Shown here: positions 27,736-38,663 of the stretch, piece by piece
How the letters are laid out: each line of letters opens with the position of its first letter
Position numbering within the stretch: position 1 is the first letter of the stretch
DNA from: Arcobacteraceae bacterium
Lineage (GTDB): Bacteria; Campylobacterota; Campylobacteria; Campylobacterales; Arcobacteraceae
Length of the DNA stretch: 64,000 bases
NCBI GenBank assembly: GCA_963662945.1
Contig: OY759974.1
Coordinates: forward strand, 160,001-224,000
Direction of reading: 5' to 3'
The notes under the pieces: model-generated
Database searches by the model: none
What the model saw: the letters and a program-made list of their open reading frames with translations, nothing else
Told to the model about the DNA's origin: nothing
Translations under genes and position numbers: made by a program

Positions 27736-28839
27736 TTATTTCCAATTATTGATAAGATTTACAAAAACACTACAAAGTGTCTCAATCTCTTTTACAGTTG
27801 TTCTTTCATCAACTGCATGAATAGTATCGTTTATCACACCAAACTCAACTGTAGGTATCTTAAACTGCCCAAAATAACGTGCATCGCTAGTTCCACCAGC
27901 TGTGCTTAGCTTTGTGTCTATATTACAAATATCTTTTATACTATTTTGTATATTTTTTACAACTTGAGTATTTGCATCTGTTACAAAAGGATATGAGCCT
28001 TGAGTAAGACGTAAACTATAATCTAAATGTTTAAAATTCTCTTCTATATAGTTTGTGATAGTCTCTTGTGTTGTCTTTGTAGAGTTTCGTACATTGAACA
28101 TCATATTGAGTTTATTTGGAGTTACATTTGTAACTTCCATACCTGCTCTTATATCTGTGATTACTAATTGACTTGGAGAAAAGAACTCATCTCCATTATC
28201 AAGATTGTATCCTGCTATTTTTGAAAGTATTGGTGCTATTTGATGTACAGGATTTATTGCTTTTTCTGGGTATGCGGCATGTCCTTGTTTCCCTTTTATC
28301 TCTAAGTAACCATTAATACTACCTCGACGCCCTACTTTTATAGCATCCCCAAATATTTCTTCACAAGTAGGTTCTGCTACAACAGCTGATGTTGGTAAAA
28401 AATCTATCTCTTGTAAGTGTTCTAAAACTTTTACTGTACCATTTATGGCATCACCCTCTTCATCTGATGTTAATAGTATAGATAATGTACCATCAAAATC
28501 TTTTGTATTTTTACAAGCATAAAGAAAACTAGCAACTCCACTTTTCATATCTTGGGCACCTCGTGCAGTTATAATACCATCAATAACATCTGCAGCAAAT
28601 GGGTCTACACTCCATCCCTCACCTGTTGGCACTACATCAATATGTCCAGCAAAACAAAGATGTTCAGCATTTTCTGTAAATTTTTTATAATAAAATCTAT
28701 TTGAAACATCTTCTATATTTAATTTTATGCAATTCCATTCATCTCCCAAATATTCATCTATAAAATCATAAATACCTGCCTCTTGTGGTGTTATTGATTT
28801 ATACTGTAACAATTTTTGAAATAATGGTATAATTTGCAT
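27736..28839 (-). CDS. dapE: succinyl-diaminopimelate desuccinylase
   Basis: FAGHIDVVP, RGAQDMKSG, TSDEEG, VGRRGS, GKQGHAAYP, GGTSDARY, TIHAVDE. Confidence 0.96.
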   Translation of the reverse strand: MQIIPLFQKLLQYKSITPQEAGIYDFIDEYLGDEWNCIKLNIEDVSNRFYYKKFTENAEHLCFAGHIDVVPTGEGWSVDPFAADVIDGIITARGAQDMKSGVASFLYACKNTKDFDGTLSILLTSDEEGDAINGTVKVLEHLQEIDFLPTSAVVAEPTCEEIFGDAIKVGRRGSINGYLEIKGKQGHAAYPEKAINPVHQIAPILSKIAGYNLDNGDEFFSPSQLVITDIRAGMEVTNVTPNKLNMMFNVRNSTKTTQETITNYIEENFKHLDYSLRLTQGSYPFVTDANTQVVKNIQNSIKDICNIDTKLSTAGGTSDARYFGQFKIPTVEFGVINDTIHAVDERTTVKEIETLCSVFVNLINNWK

Positions 28840-28909
28840 AAGGTTCCTATTTTATTTTTTGCTAATTTTAGCTAAACTAAACTTTTAAAATTAAAAATAA
28901 GGAAAATAT

Positions 28910-29248
28910 ATGCATATTGACATTACACCCGAAGTAATCGTAACTCAACTAGATTTAGGTCACGGTGATACCACTTTAGACCAAACAAAAACAGCTATTA
29001 ATAATACAAAAGATTTTGATACATTTTCAAAGCATATTATAAGTTTAAATGATAAAATAAAACATATGAATGGATATATAACTCTTTCAAATAGCGCACC
29101 TTACTTCAAAATAAAATGTGATAATATAGAAAGTGATGAGATATTAAAAGAATTTACAGAAGAACTTCAACACTGGAGTGACAAATATAATGTAGAATTA
29201 CAAAAAGTTGATAATAAAGAAGTATACTACATTTTAGGAAGATCATAA
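28910..29248 (+). CDS. hypothetical protein
   Basis: 112-aa ORF with AAGGA RBS, divergent from dapE. Confidence 0.75.
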   Translation: MHIDITPEVIVTQLDLGHGDTTLDQTKTAINNTKDFDTFSKHIISLNDKIKHMNGYITLSNSAPYFKIKCDNIESDEILKEFTEELQHWSDKYNVELQKVDNKEVYYILGRS

Positions 29249-29263
29249 GATCTTCCTCTCTAT

Positions 29264-29797
29264 CTATGATGAGTGATGATACTCATTTTTAAACTTAACA
29301 TATCTTGCGGCATGTTCAAGTAAACTATCTACTTCATCTTGTGTTAAAGTTTTTACAACCTTTGCAGGACTTCCCATAATCAAACTATGAGGAGGAAAAA
29401 CCTTATTCGCTGTTACAAGAGAATGAGCCCCTACGATACTTCCCTCCCCTATAACTGCACCATCTAAAATTGTAGCACTCATACCTATTAAACAACCATT
29501 TTCTATTGTACAACCATGAAGCATAACTTTATGACCAATAGTAACATCATCACCTATAATTGTAGGATGTCCATCTTTCATATCCTCTTGTTTATAATGT
29601 GTCACATGTATCATCGATAAATCTTGAATAGAAGTTCTTTTTCCTATTCGTATTTTATGAACATCGCCTCTAATTACTGTTCCAAACCATACAGAACTGT
29701 CAGATCCTATTTTTACATTTCCAATTACATCTGCACTTGGTGCTATCCAAGCTGACTTACTTATCTTCGGAAACCATTTTTTAAATTTTAATATCAT
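29264..29797 (-). CDS. gamma carbonic anhydrase-family hexapeptide-repeat protein
   Basis: VWFGTVIRGD, IQDLSMIH, TIGHKVMLHGC, GSPAK. Confidence 0.92.
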   Translation of the reverse strand: MILKFKKWFPKISKSAWIAPSADVIGNVKIGSDSSVWFGTVIRGDVHKIRIGKRTSIQDLSMIHVTHYKQEDMKDGHPTIIGDDVTIGHKVMLHGCTIENGCLIGMSATILDGAVIGEGSIVGAHSLVTANKVFPPHSLIMGSPAKVVKTLTQDEVDSLLEHAARYVKFKNEYHHSS

Positions 29798-32378
29798 TTT
29801 TTTCTACCTTATATTCTACAATTACCGGCTCACTATAATTTGGCACATTATCATAAGTAAACACCCCATAATATTTTCCAATATTTATATTTCCAAAATC
29901 ATCATAAGTATAATTATCTGGTCCAGCATATAATTTATCTCCATCTAAATGATTTTTAGGAGGATGAAATCTATTTCGTACTACATATACTCCAACAAAA
30001 TCTTTTTCTTTTGGATTTTCCCAAGTTAATTTTACCCTATTTTTATCTATAGTATATGATAAATTTGTAATTTTATTAACAGGTTCTCTTCGTCTTTGTA
30101 TATATTTTACAATTAACTTTACACTATTTTCAACATCTTTGCCATACCAATCTACAATATGATTTTTGATATCAGAAGATGTAGGCTTTATAACAAATTT
30201 TGCTTTTGTATTTTCTTGGTGAACATCTTCTAATGCTAAACGTGAATAGTAATCAAAAATAAACTTATGAGTTTTTTGTTTTTGAAGGTCTGCACGACTT
30301 ACTTCATATCCAATAAATTCTATTCTATCTCTATTTTGTATCTCGTCATAAGTAATATCTTCTAAATCTACAAACTCAACATTATACCTAATATCTTGTG
30401 TTGTTTTTGTTGCTTTTTTATTTTTTATTTGAATATAACTATCTGTGATGACTGTTTCGTTTGGATTTGGTAAAGAATCTAAATCAAACTCAATCACACC
30501 ATATATTTTATTATTATTTGCATCAAAACCACATGCTAGTTTTGAATCATCAATAGTATCAACAGAAACAGAAGCAACTCTTGATGACTCAATTACCACT
30601 TCTGTACTAGGGATTGTGTACTTTATGTCAATTCTTGGTCTATAATGTATTCCTCCACCAAAATTACCATATCCTAAATCAAACATCATCATTTGACTAT
30701 CTCTTCCTATTGGTAGTTTTATAGGTCCTGAAATTTTAAATAATACTTTTTTATTTTGAAGCTGTTTTTGTAATATATCTCTTTCACTACTATTAAAACT
30801 CCAATGACTCCAAATACCTTGTGTTAGCTTTTCAGATGGTATATTTTGCCCCAATGTTTCCAGCGTTATAGCATTATGTATTTGATCAAAATCAGTTAAA
30901 TCAGCCACACTTTGTCTATCAACAAAAGAGATTGACCATTCTCCATATTTTTCTATTTTGGCATTAACCCTATTTAAAGGATAAAGAGAGATTTTAGCAT
31001 CTTTTATGATGGCATTAGAAGGTATATTGTCAAGATTAAATTGTAAAACACCATAACTTATCCCTTTAGTTTCATTTACACCAATAAACAATGAATTGTA
31101 ACCAAAGTGTTTTCTATTTGTTTCAATTAATTTTTGTGCTACATATCCTACTTCACTAGGATTTGGAAAAATAGTTTTACTAAACTCATCTGGTTCAAGT
31201 AATGTTTTAATATTTGTTCGTGGGGAAAAAGGAGATTTAACTCTTGTTAAATTATTCACCGCTCGTATATAATAATAATAGGCACTTCCACTTTGTAATT
31301 GAATATCTGTAAAAGTAGTATTATATGTTTCACAAATTAAATTTGATTCATTACAAGCTTTTTTATCTTCTGTGTTTCTAAAAATTTGAAAATAGATATC
31401 TTTATTTACTTCATAATCCCAACTCAAAGTAACTTCATCTGAAGTATATGATTCTATATGAAAATTTTCAACCCGTTTAGGAGCATATTTTGAATAATTT
31501 TGTGCTTCTCCTAAGGTTCTAAGAAGTGCTGGAATATTTTCATCAATACTTTCTTTCATATTTTGCATAAAATCAGGAATATTTCTTGTTCCAACTTCAA
31601 CTACAGCTGCAACTATTCCTTTACTATAATAATATTCTCGTCCACTCCCACTAATAAGTTTTGTAGGTGGTTTTCCTCTGTGAATACCGTATTGTCTTCC
31701 AGTTACTTTATGAATTTCAAAATTCATATTTGCACAAATTGTATTTAAATCCGTTCCATCAATCTCACTTTCATGATTAAACTTATGTGCTGGAAAAAAT
31801 ACATTTCCTTGACTATGATAATCTAAAGCAATAGTAATATTATCACGAGCATCAACAAAATTTTTCATAGCCATTGTTTCTGGTTCACTAAATGGTGTTG
31901 GTCCACTATATACATTTGATGCTGTGTCGTTTATTTTACGATATCCGACACTAAAGTTTCTATTTAAATCAACTCCAAAAGTCCCATCACCATTATCTCT
32001 TCTATTTTTTCTCCAAAATGAAAAATGCGACTTACTATACTCAAAACCATCAGGATTAACACATGGTACTATATAAAGAGTATTTCTTCGAAGCGTTCTT
32101 AAAATTTTAGGATTTGAATTGTAATTTTTAAGTAGATAATCAATAAAAGATACGGCTAATTCATTCCCTATCCACTCTCTAGCATGAATTGTTCCTGTAT
32201 AAAGCATAGCAGGTTTTAAATCAGCATTTTCCACATTCAGTGAAATAGTTGCCAACATAATATCCCTATCTTCCCAGGTCTTACCTAAGGATTGAATAGA
32301 AATGATATCAGGATAGTTTTTTACACACTCTTGTAAAAAATCACATGTTTGTTTATAAGATTTGTATTGTTGTTTCAT
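29781..32378 (-). CDS. M14 zinc carboxypeptidase with FN3-like and additional C-terminal beta domains
   Basis: GTIHAREW, NPDG, WRKNRR, GVDLNRNF, SEPET, DYHSQ; FN3-like VTLSW...YYYYIRAVN. Confidence 0.88.
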   Translation of the reverse strand: MKQQYKSYKQTCDFLQECVKNYPDIISIQSLGKTWEDRDIMLATISLNVENADLKPAMLYTGTIHAREWIGNELAVSFIDYLLKNYNSNPKILRTLRRNTLYIVPCVNPDGFEYSKSHFSFWRKNRRDNGDGTFGVDLNRNFSVGYRKINDTASNVYSGPTPFSEPETMAMKNFVDARDNITIALDYHSQGNVFFPAHKFNHESEIDGTDLNTICANMNFEIHKVTGRQYGIHRGKPPTKLISGSGREYYYSKGIVAAVVEVGTRNIPDFMQNMKESIDENIPALLRTLGEAQNYSKYAPKRVENFHIESYTSDEVTLSWDYEVNKDIYFQIFRNTEDKKACNESNLICETYNTTFTDIQLQSGSAYYYYIRAVNNLTRVKSPFSPRTNIKTLLEPDEFSKTIFPNPSEVGYVAQKLIETNRKHFGYNSLFIGVNETKGISYGVLQFNLDNIPSNAIIKDAKISLYPLNRVNAKIEKYGEWSISFVDRQSVADLTDFDQIHNAITLETLGQNIPSEKLTQGIWSHWSFNSSERDILQKQLQNKKVLFKISGPIKLPIGRDSQMMMFDLGYGNFGGGIHYRPRIDIKYTIPSTEVVIESSRVASVSVDTIDDSKLACGFDANNNKIYGVIEFDLDSLPNPNETVITDSYIQIKNKKATKTTQDIRYNVEFVDLEDITYDEIQNRDRIEFIGYEVSRADLQKQKTHKFIFDYYSRLALEDVHQENTKAKFVIKPTSSDIKNHIVDWYGKDVENSVKLIVKYIQRRREPVNKITNLSYTIDKNRVKLTWENPKEKDFVGVYVVRNRFHPPKNHLDGDKLYAGPDNYTYDDFGNINIGKYYGVFTYDNVPNYSEPVIVEYKVEKNDIKI

Positions 32379-32457
32379 ATTTGATTTATAATCCTGTAAA
32401 ATTTATAGTATTTCTTTTGTATTGTAACGAAATATTTATTATTTCCTAGATGAAGAG

Positions 32458-33417
32458 TTAATCTATATAGTTATTGTTCCGTAATAAACTTAAAACATCT
32501 TCAGCTTTGATAAGTTTCATACAATCATGATGTTTTAATGGACAAACTCGTTTCATACAAGGACTACACTCCAAATCTTTTCTAATAAGCATCTCTTTTG
32601 CATTTGCCCACTGATGTGTTTCAATATATCTTGTAGGACCAAAAATAGCAACTGTTGGTATTTCAAAAGCTGCAGCGATGTGCATAGGTCCAGAATCATT
32701 TGTGATAAAAAGATCAAGATTTGAAATACCTTCAATAAGTTCATCAATAGAAGTTTTTCCAGATAAATTTTCAAAATTAGTCACACCCGCACTTTGTAAC
32801 TCTTTTTCTATATCTAAAGCGATATCAACTTCTCCTCTTCCTCCAAAAATTTTTATATCATAATTATTAGCCAGTTTTATAGCTGTTTTTGCAAACTCTT
32901 TAGGATACCATCTTTTTGCACTTCCATAAGTTGCACCTGGATTAATACCTAATACTAATTTTGAACTTTGCATTTGAGATTTTGAATCATCTTTTTTATA
33001 TATTTTTAGTTTATTAGGTTCTCTAGTTATTTCTAAACTAAGATTAATAAAATCATTATATCTTACTACCTGATGTGTTTGAAGTTTATTATCTAATCTT
33101 TTATAGATAAATTTTTTCTTAGCATGAATAAAATACAATAAAAATTTTGTAGTAAAATTTTTTCTAAAACTTATTGCTATGTCTACTTCAATATCTTTTG
33201 AAATTTTATATAAATTGAAATATCTAAATCTTTGTTTTCTACTTTCATCAACAATAATTTTTACTACATTTGGATGATACTTGAAAAGGGAAGTTGAGAC
33301 AAAAGAACCAAATATAGTTAACTTACAATTAGGATATTCTTTAATGATATTTTCTATAGAGGGGGTTGTCATAACAGCATCCCCCAACCAAGTAGGAATT
33401 TCAATAAATATGTTCAA
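32458..33417 (-). CDS. waaF: lipopolysaccharide heptosyltransferase II
   Basis: PTWLGDAVM, INPGATYGSAKRW, TNDSGPMHIAAA. Confidence 0.9.
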   Translation of the reverse strand: MNIFIEIPTWLGDAVMTTPSIENIIKEYPNCKLTIFGSFVSTSLFKYHPNVVKIIVDESRKQRFRYFNLYKISKDIEVDIAISFRKNFTTKFLLYFIHAKKKFIYKRLDNKLQTHQVVRYNDFINLSLEITREPNKLKIYKKDDSKSQMQSSKLVLGINPGATYGSAKRWYPKEFAKTAIKLANNYDIKIFGGRGEVDIALDIEKELQSAGVTNFENLSGKTSIDELIEGISNLDLFITNDSGPMHIAAAFEIPTVAIFGPTRYIETHQWANAKEMLIRKDLECSPCMKRVCPLKHHDCMKLIKAEDVLSLLRNNNYID

Positions 33418-33432
33418 TGTTTATAGACCTTT

Positions 33433-34857
33433 TTAACTATTACAACACTGTATTTTTTCAATGGTTTTTGTTGTGCTCTTACCATCTACAAACTGTACAA
33501 GTTTTAACTCTTTTGCAATATCACTACCAACTACTTCTTTACCTTCGTAGTCACCACCTTTTACTAATATATCAGGTTGTACAATTTGTATAAGACTTAA
33601 AGGGGTATTATCATCAAATATCACTACATAATCAACACTTTCAAGTGCTGCAAGTATATATGCTCTATCATCTTGAGTATTTATAGGTCTATTATCCCCC
33701 TTTAAGACTTTAACACTACTATCAGAATTAAGACCTAAAATCAATACATCACCGAATGATTTTGCCTTATCTAGATACTGTACATGACCCTTATGTAAAA
33801 TATCAAAACAACCATTTGTAAAGACTATTTTTTTATTTTGTTTTCGCAATCTATCTACAGTATTTTCAATCTCTTTAAAAGTTTTAATATGTGATTCTAT
33901 ACTGCTTTTATGAAGACTGCTTTTATACTCTTCTATCTCTTCTAAAGTTGCTGTTGCACTTCCAATTTTCCCTACAACTACACCTGCTGCAAGATTTGCG
34001 AATTCCATCGCATCTACAATATTTTCATCTTTTGCTAAACAATATCCTAAACTTGCTAATACAGTATCTCCAGCACCTGTTACATCATATACTTCTCTAG
34101 CGACTGTAGGTTTTTTAATAATGTTATTCTCTTCATCAAGTATAGCTATACCATCTTCACTAAGAGTTATCATAGGAACTTGTAAGCATGCTGTATTATG
34201 AAGCTTTTTTAATGCCACTTTTAAAGTTGCATCATCAGATATTTCTACTTTTGTAGCAATAGTTGCTTCTTTTTTATTTGGAGTTAAAAGATAACTTCCT
34301 ATATACTTTGTATAATCGTCACCTTTAGGATCTACTAAAACTTTAACATTATTCCCTGATGCACAAAAATTAATTTTTGCCATCAATGAATCCGTAATTA
34401 CACCTTTTCCATAATCAGATACTAGTATAACATCAAATTGATCTATAATATTTAAAAGACCAACTGTTATAAGGGCTTCACTCTCTTGTGATATATCTTC
34501 CTTAGATTCATGATCATAACGAACAACTTGTTGATGTGATGCTATAATTCTACTCTTTTTTGTTGTTTTTCGTTTTTCATCACATATTAAATAATGTCTA
34601 ACATTTATTTCTTCAAGCATTTGAGTAAGTTCATCTGCATTTTTATCATCACCAACAACTGAGATTACCATCACATCTGCACCAAGAGCTACAAGATTAT
34701 TTACAACGTTTCCAGCACCACCTAATACTGTTGTCTCTTTTTGTATTTCTACTACTTGAACAGGTGCTTCAGGAGATATTCTATCTGTCTTTCCCCACAG
34801 ATAATGGTCTATCATCAAATCACCAATTACTAAAATATTTGGTTTATTATTTTTCAT
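33433..34857 (-). CDS. hldE: bifunctional heptose-7-phosphate kinase / heptose-1-phosphate adenylyltransferase
   Basis: RISPEAPV, DVTGAGDTV, FTNGCFDILHKGH, VKGGDY. Confidence 0.96.
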   Translation of the reverse strand: MKNNKPNILVIGDLMIDHYLWGKTDRISPEAPVQVVEIQKETTVLGGAGNVVNNLVALGADVMVISVVGDDKNADELTQMLEEINVRHYLICDEKRKTTKKSRIIASHQQVVRYDHESKEDISQESEALITVGLLNIIDQFDVILVSDYGKGVITDSLMAKINFCASGNNVKVLVDPKGDDYTKYIGSYLLTPNKKEATIATKVEISDDATLKVALKKLHNTACLQVPMITLSEDGIAILDEENNIIKKPTVAREVYDVTGAGDTVLASLGYCLAKDENIVDAMEFANLAAGVVVGKIGSATATLEEIEEYKSSLHKSSIESHIKTFKEIENTVDRLRKQNKKIVFTNGCFDILHKGHVQYLDKAKSFGDVLILGLNSDSSVKVLKGDNRPINTQDDRAYILAALESVDYVVIFDDNTPLSLIQIVQPDILVKGGDYEGKEVVGSDIAKELKLVQFVDGKSTTKTIEKIQCCNS

Positions 34858-34858
34858 C

Positions 34859-35866
34859 TTATATCTCTTCTCTAAATAATCTCTTAATCTCAGGTATATA
34901 TGCTTTTATACCCTCTTCCATAGAATATCTTGGTTCATAACCTAAATTTTCTTTTGAAGTATCTATGTTTGCTTGTGTGAAAAATTGATATTGTCCAATA
35001 AATGGATTTGGAATATATTCCTTCCCATTATCAATCTCTAACTCTTTTTGCAATATATTTACAATATCTTCAAAGCTTCTAGCTTTACCAGTCCCTACAT
35101 TATAAACACCACTTTTTTTAGGTGTACATGCTAATATATTTGCTTGAATAATATCTTCAATATAAATAAAATCTCTTAAAATTTTATCACTTCCTTCAAA
35201 TAATTTTGGAGTAAGCCCTTTTAAGATTTGATGACCAAACTGTACTACCATAGATGATGTTTTATTTTTGAAAAATTCTCTTGGACCATATACGTTAAAA
35301 TATTTTAGTCCCACAATAGAGATATCTAAATCCTTCTTTAAATACTCATAAGTGATATTATCCATCATTACTTTACTAAAACCATATGCATTATTTGGTT
35401 GTTCATATCCAACCTCAAATCTATCACTATCTCCATAAGTAGCCGCACTACTTGCATAAATCATATTTGCACCATGATTTATAGCAATTTTTAATAAATC
35501 TTCATAAGCATTTACATTTGTTTTCATCATCAAATCTTGCTCTTGTACAGTTGTATCTGAAATAGCAGCTTGATGAAATATAAAATCAAATTTATAATTA
35601 TATTCTAACTCTTTTAATGCATGTTTATCAGTGATATCTCCGCTAATAACAATACCTTTAAATCCTAAGAGATTTTTAAAATGTCCAAAGCTTTTTAAAT
35701 TTCCATTTGAAAAAGTTTCTCCACTTCTAAACATATCAAAAGCTACAATCGTAGCTTTTGGATAGTGTTCTTGAAAGTAAAAAGCAAGATTGGAACCAAT
35801 AAAACCAGCTGCTCCTGTAATTAATATTGTCTTATCATTAAAATCATATTCACTATATTTCATCAT
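34859..35866 (-). CDS. hldD: ADP-L-glycero-D-manno-heptose 6-epimerase
   Basis: ITGAAGFIGS, HQAAISDT, YASSAATYG, YGFSK, YFNVYGPRE; adjacent to hldE. Confidence 0.93.
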   Translation of the reverse strand: MMKYSEYDFNDKTILITGAAGFIGSNLAFYFQEHYPKATIVAFDMFRSGETFSNGNLKSFGHFKNLLGFKGIVISGDITDKHALKELEYNYKFDFIFHQAAISDTTVQEQDLMMKTNVNAYEDLLKIAINHGANMIYASSAATYGDSDRFEVGYEQPNNAYGFSKVMMDNITYEYLKKDLDISIVGLKYFNVYGPREFFKNKTSSMVVQFGHQILKGLTPKLFEGSDKILRDFIYIEDIIQANILACTPKKSGVYNVGTGKARSFEDIVNILQKELEIDNGKEYIPNPFIGQYQFFTQANIDTSKENLGYEPRYSMEEGIKAYIPEIKRLFREEI

Positions 35867-35909
35867 ATTCTCTCCACTAATTTATTTATATATTTTATCA
35901 TAAAAGTTT

Positions 35910-37619
35910 TTACATACTTGCAAGGCTATGCAGTCTTTGATACTCACTGCAATTTTCAAGTAAACTTGATTCATTACCTTTACAAATAATTTCTCCATCT
36001 TTAAATACAACAATTTTATCTGCATTTTTAATCGTACTTAATCTATGTGCAATAACAAATGTAATTTTATCAGCACTTACTTCATCTAATACTTTTGTAA
36101 TAATTGATTCAGATTCATTATCTAATGCACTTGTAGCTTCATCAAAAATTAAAATTTGAGGTTTTTTGTATAATGCTCTTGCAATAGCAATCCGTTGTCT
36201 TTGTCCACCACTTAAGTTTGTACCAAATTCATCAAGAGTTGTATATATACCATTTTCCATTTTTTCAACAAAATCTAAAGCATGTGCTTGTTTGAGTACA
36301 TCTCGAACTTTTTGTTCATCAACAATACTTCCAAAAGCTATATTATTTGCTATTGTATCATTAAATATATATACTCTCTGAGTTACAATAGAAATATTGT
36401 CTCTCAAGCTCTTAAAGGTAAAATCTTGAATATTTGTATCATTTAATTTTAAAACACCTTCATATGGATCATAAAATCTTAAAATTAAATTTACTAAAGA
36501 GCTTTTTCCACCACCACTATCACCAACAAGTGCAATCTTTTCACCTTTTTTTGCCATTAAATCAATATTTTTTAAAGCTATCTTATCATCGTATTTTAAT
36601 GAAATATTTTGAAATGATATTTTTTGAATATCTTCTTGTAAAACTGCAATACCTTCAACAATATCATTTGTTTGTGAAAAGATATCATTAATTCTTTCGT
36701 TTGCAGCAATTGCACCTTGAAACTTATTATAAACAGTTGAAAGCCTTTTTATAGGGGTATATAGCATAAATAAAGCTGTCATAAATGAAAAGAATGATCC
36801 AACTGTCATATTTCCTTTAATAACTTCCATTCCTCCAATTGCAATAACTGTAGCTGCAGCTATTGCCCCTATTATCTCCATTAAAGGTGAAACTAAAGCA
36901 TTAGTTTTAACACCTTTTATTCCAACATTAAAATATTCTTGATTGATTTTCTTAAAATCTTCTGATTGTTTTTTTTGTGAATTATTTGCAATAATTATCT
37001 CTACATTATTAAATATTTCACTTAAAATAGAGGTTAATGATGAAACTTTTTCTTGAGCTTGATGTGATAATTTTTTCATTTTTTTAGCTAATAATGAAAG
37101 AGGATAGACGATAATTGGTAAAACAATTAAACCATAAAATGCCAACATAGGACTTTGATATATTACAACAAATATTAAAGCTATAATTGTAAATGTTTCC
37201 ATAATTATTACAGCAATATGACTAGATACAGCAGCCTGAATCGCACTTATATCATTTGTCACACGACTTAAAAGTTCTCCACCATGTTTTTGATGAAAGA
37301 ATTTAATATCCTGAGTTAAAATATGTGAAAGAAATTTATCCCTTACAAGTCTAATAATATCAGAACCTATAAATGATATATAATATGTTTGAATATATCC
37401 ACCAAAACCTTTTAAAGCATATAAGATAACAACAATAAAAGGCAAAACTTGAAGCATTGTTTCATCTTTATTGATAAAGATTTCATCAAGAACTGGCTTA
37501 ATTACGTATGCTGTACCACTTGTTCCCAATGCTACCATTATCATTCCAATAATTGCAAAGAAAAATTGTCTTTTATAATTTTTATAATATGGTATATATT
37601 GTTTAAAAAATTGTTTCAA
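35910..37619 (-). CDS. msbA: MsbA-like lipid A/LOS ABC exporter
   Basis: TM domain plus GDSGGGKS, LSGGQRQRIAIAR, DEATSALD; located in the LPS cluster. Confidence 0.8.
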   Translation of the reverse strand: MKQFFKQYIPYYKNYKRQFFFAIIGMIMVALGTSGTAYVIKPVLDEIFINKDETMLQVLPFIVVILYALKGFGGYIQTYYISFIGSDIIRLVRDKFLSHILTQDIKFFHQKHGGELLSRVTNDISAIQAAVSSHIAVIIMETFTIIALIFVVIYQSPMLAFYGLIVLPIIVYPLSLLAKKMKKLSHQAQEKVSSLTSILSEIFNNVEIIIANNSQKKQSEDFKKINQEYFNVGIKGVKTNALVSPLMEIIGAIAAATVIAIGGMEVIKGNMTVGSFFSFMTALFMLYTPIKRLSTVYNKFQGAIAANERINDIFSQTNDIVEGIAVLQEDIQKISFQNISLKYDDKIALKNIDLMAKKGEKIALVGDSGGGKSSLVNLILRFYDPYEGVLKLNDTNIQDFTFKSLRDNISIVTQRVYIFNDTIANNIAFGSIVDEQKVRDVLKQAHALDFVEKMENGIYTTLDEFGTNLSGGQRQRIAIARALYKKPQILIFDEATSALDNESESIITKVLDEVSADKITFVIAHRLSTIKNADKIVVFKDGEIICKGNESSLLENCSEYQRLHSLASM

Positions 37620-38663
37620 TTAAATTCCCTTTATTTCTTTAATCACTTCAAGTGTCTTTTCAACATTTTTTTCGATTGTAAAGTTTTTTACAATCTGTAA
37701 ATTCATTAATTTAATTTTATCGATTTTGTCTTGATTAACAAGTAAATCATCAATCTTTTCAACTATAGAATAATCAACTGAACTAGCCATAGTATAGTTA
37801 GAGTCTAAAATTTCACTTGCACCATTTTGTTTTGTTGTTATGACTACATTTGAATAATTCATTGCTTCTAAAACAACATTTGAAAAAGGTTCATATCTAG
37901 TGGGAAATAAAAATATATCTGAAATAGTATAAAAATCTTTTACGTCACTTCTTGGACCTGTGAAAATCACTTTACTTTCCAAATTTAGTTCTTTTGTTAA
38001 CTTTTGATAATATCCTATTTTTTTCTCTTTCCCAACAATAAATGCTTTAAAATTTCGAAATCTTAATTTTGAAAGTATTGTTAAAAACTCTTCAACACCT
38101 TTTCTTTTAAAACCACTTCCTACATACAAAAATATTTTTTCACCATTCTCTTTTTGAATTAAATATTCTTTCTTAACATGTGTATAAGATATTTGAAAAT
38201 TTGGTTTTTCTAAAGATATTCCATTATAAATAACTTCTATTTTTTCCTCTTTTATTCCATATGTATCTATAATTTGTTGCTTTATCATATTTGAATTAGC
38301 AACAATCTTTTTTGCATTTTTAAAACACTTTTCTTCTAAATATATATAGACACTATGTAATAAATTCCATCGTGATTTTTTTTCTACATTAATAAACACT
38401 TTATGTACACCATCACCAGCTCTATAAATATCGGGGCAACTGATTCGTTCTAAGGAGAAATATAAATCATCTTTTTTATTATTGCAAACTTGAATATTAA
38501 AAATTAAAACCCTTAACCATGATGGTAAAAATTTTGGGACATTAGAATAAATTACCTCATGTGATATACTTAAAATATCTAATTGTTGAGATAGCCGAGA
38601 AAGATATACTTCAGCACCACCAAATTTTGTTTTATTTGCTCTAATAAATTTAATTTGTTTCAA
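37620..38663 (-). CDS. glycosyltransferase family 4 (WaaG-like)
   Basis: GGAEVY, YRAGDGVH, GSGFKRKG, YEPFSNVVLEAM. Confidence 0.88.
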   Translation of the reverse strand: MKQIKFIRANKTKFGGAEVYLSRLSQQLDILSISHEVIYSNVPKFLPSWLRVLIFNIQVCNNKKDDLYFSLERISCPDIYRAGDGVHKVFINVEKKSRWNLLHSVYIYLEEKCFKNAKKIVANSNMIKQQIIDTYGIKEEKIEVIYNGISLEKPNFQISYTHVKKEYLIQKENGEKIFLYVGSGFKRKGVEEFLTILSKLRFRNFKAFIVGKEKKIGYYQKLTKELNLESKVIFTGPRSDVKDFYTISDIFLFPTRYEPFSNVVLEAMNYSNVVITTKQNGASEILDSNYTMASSVDYSIVEKIDDLLVNQDKIDKIKLMNLQIVKNFTIEKNVEKTLEVIKEIKGI

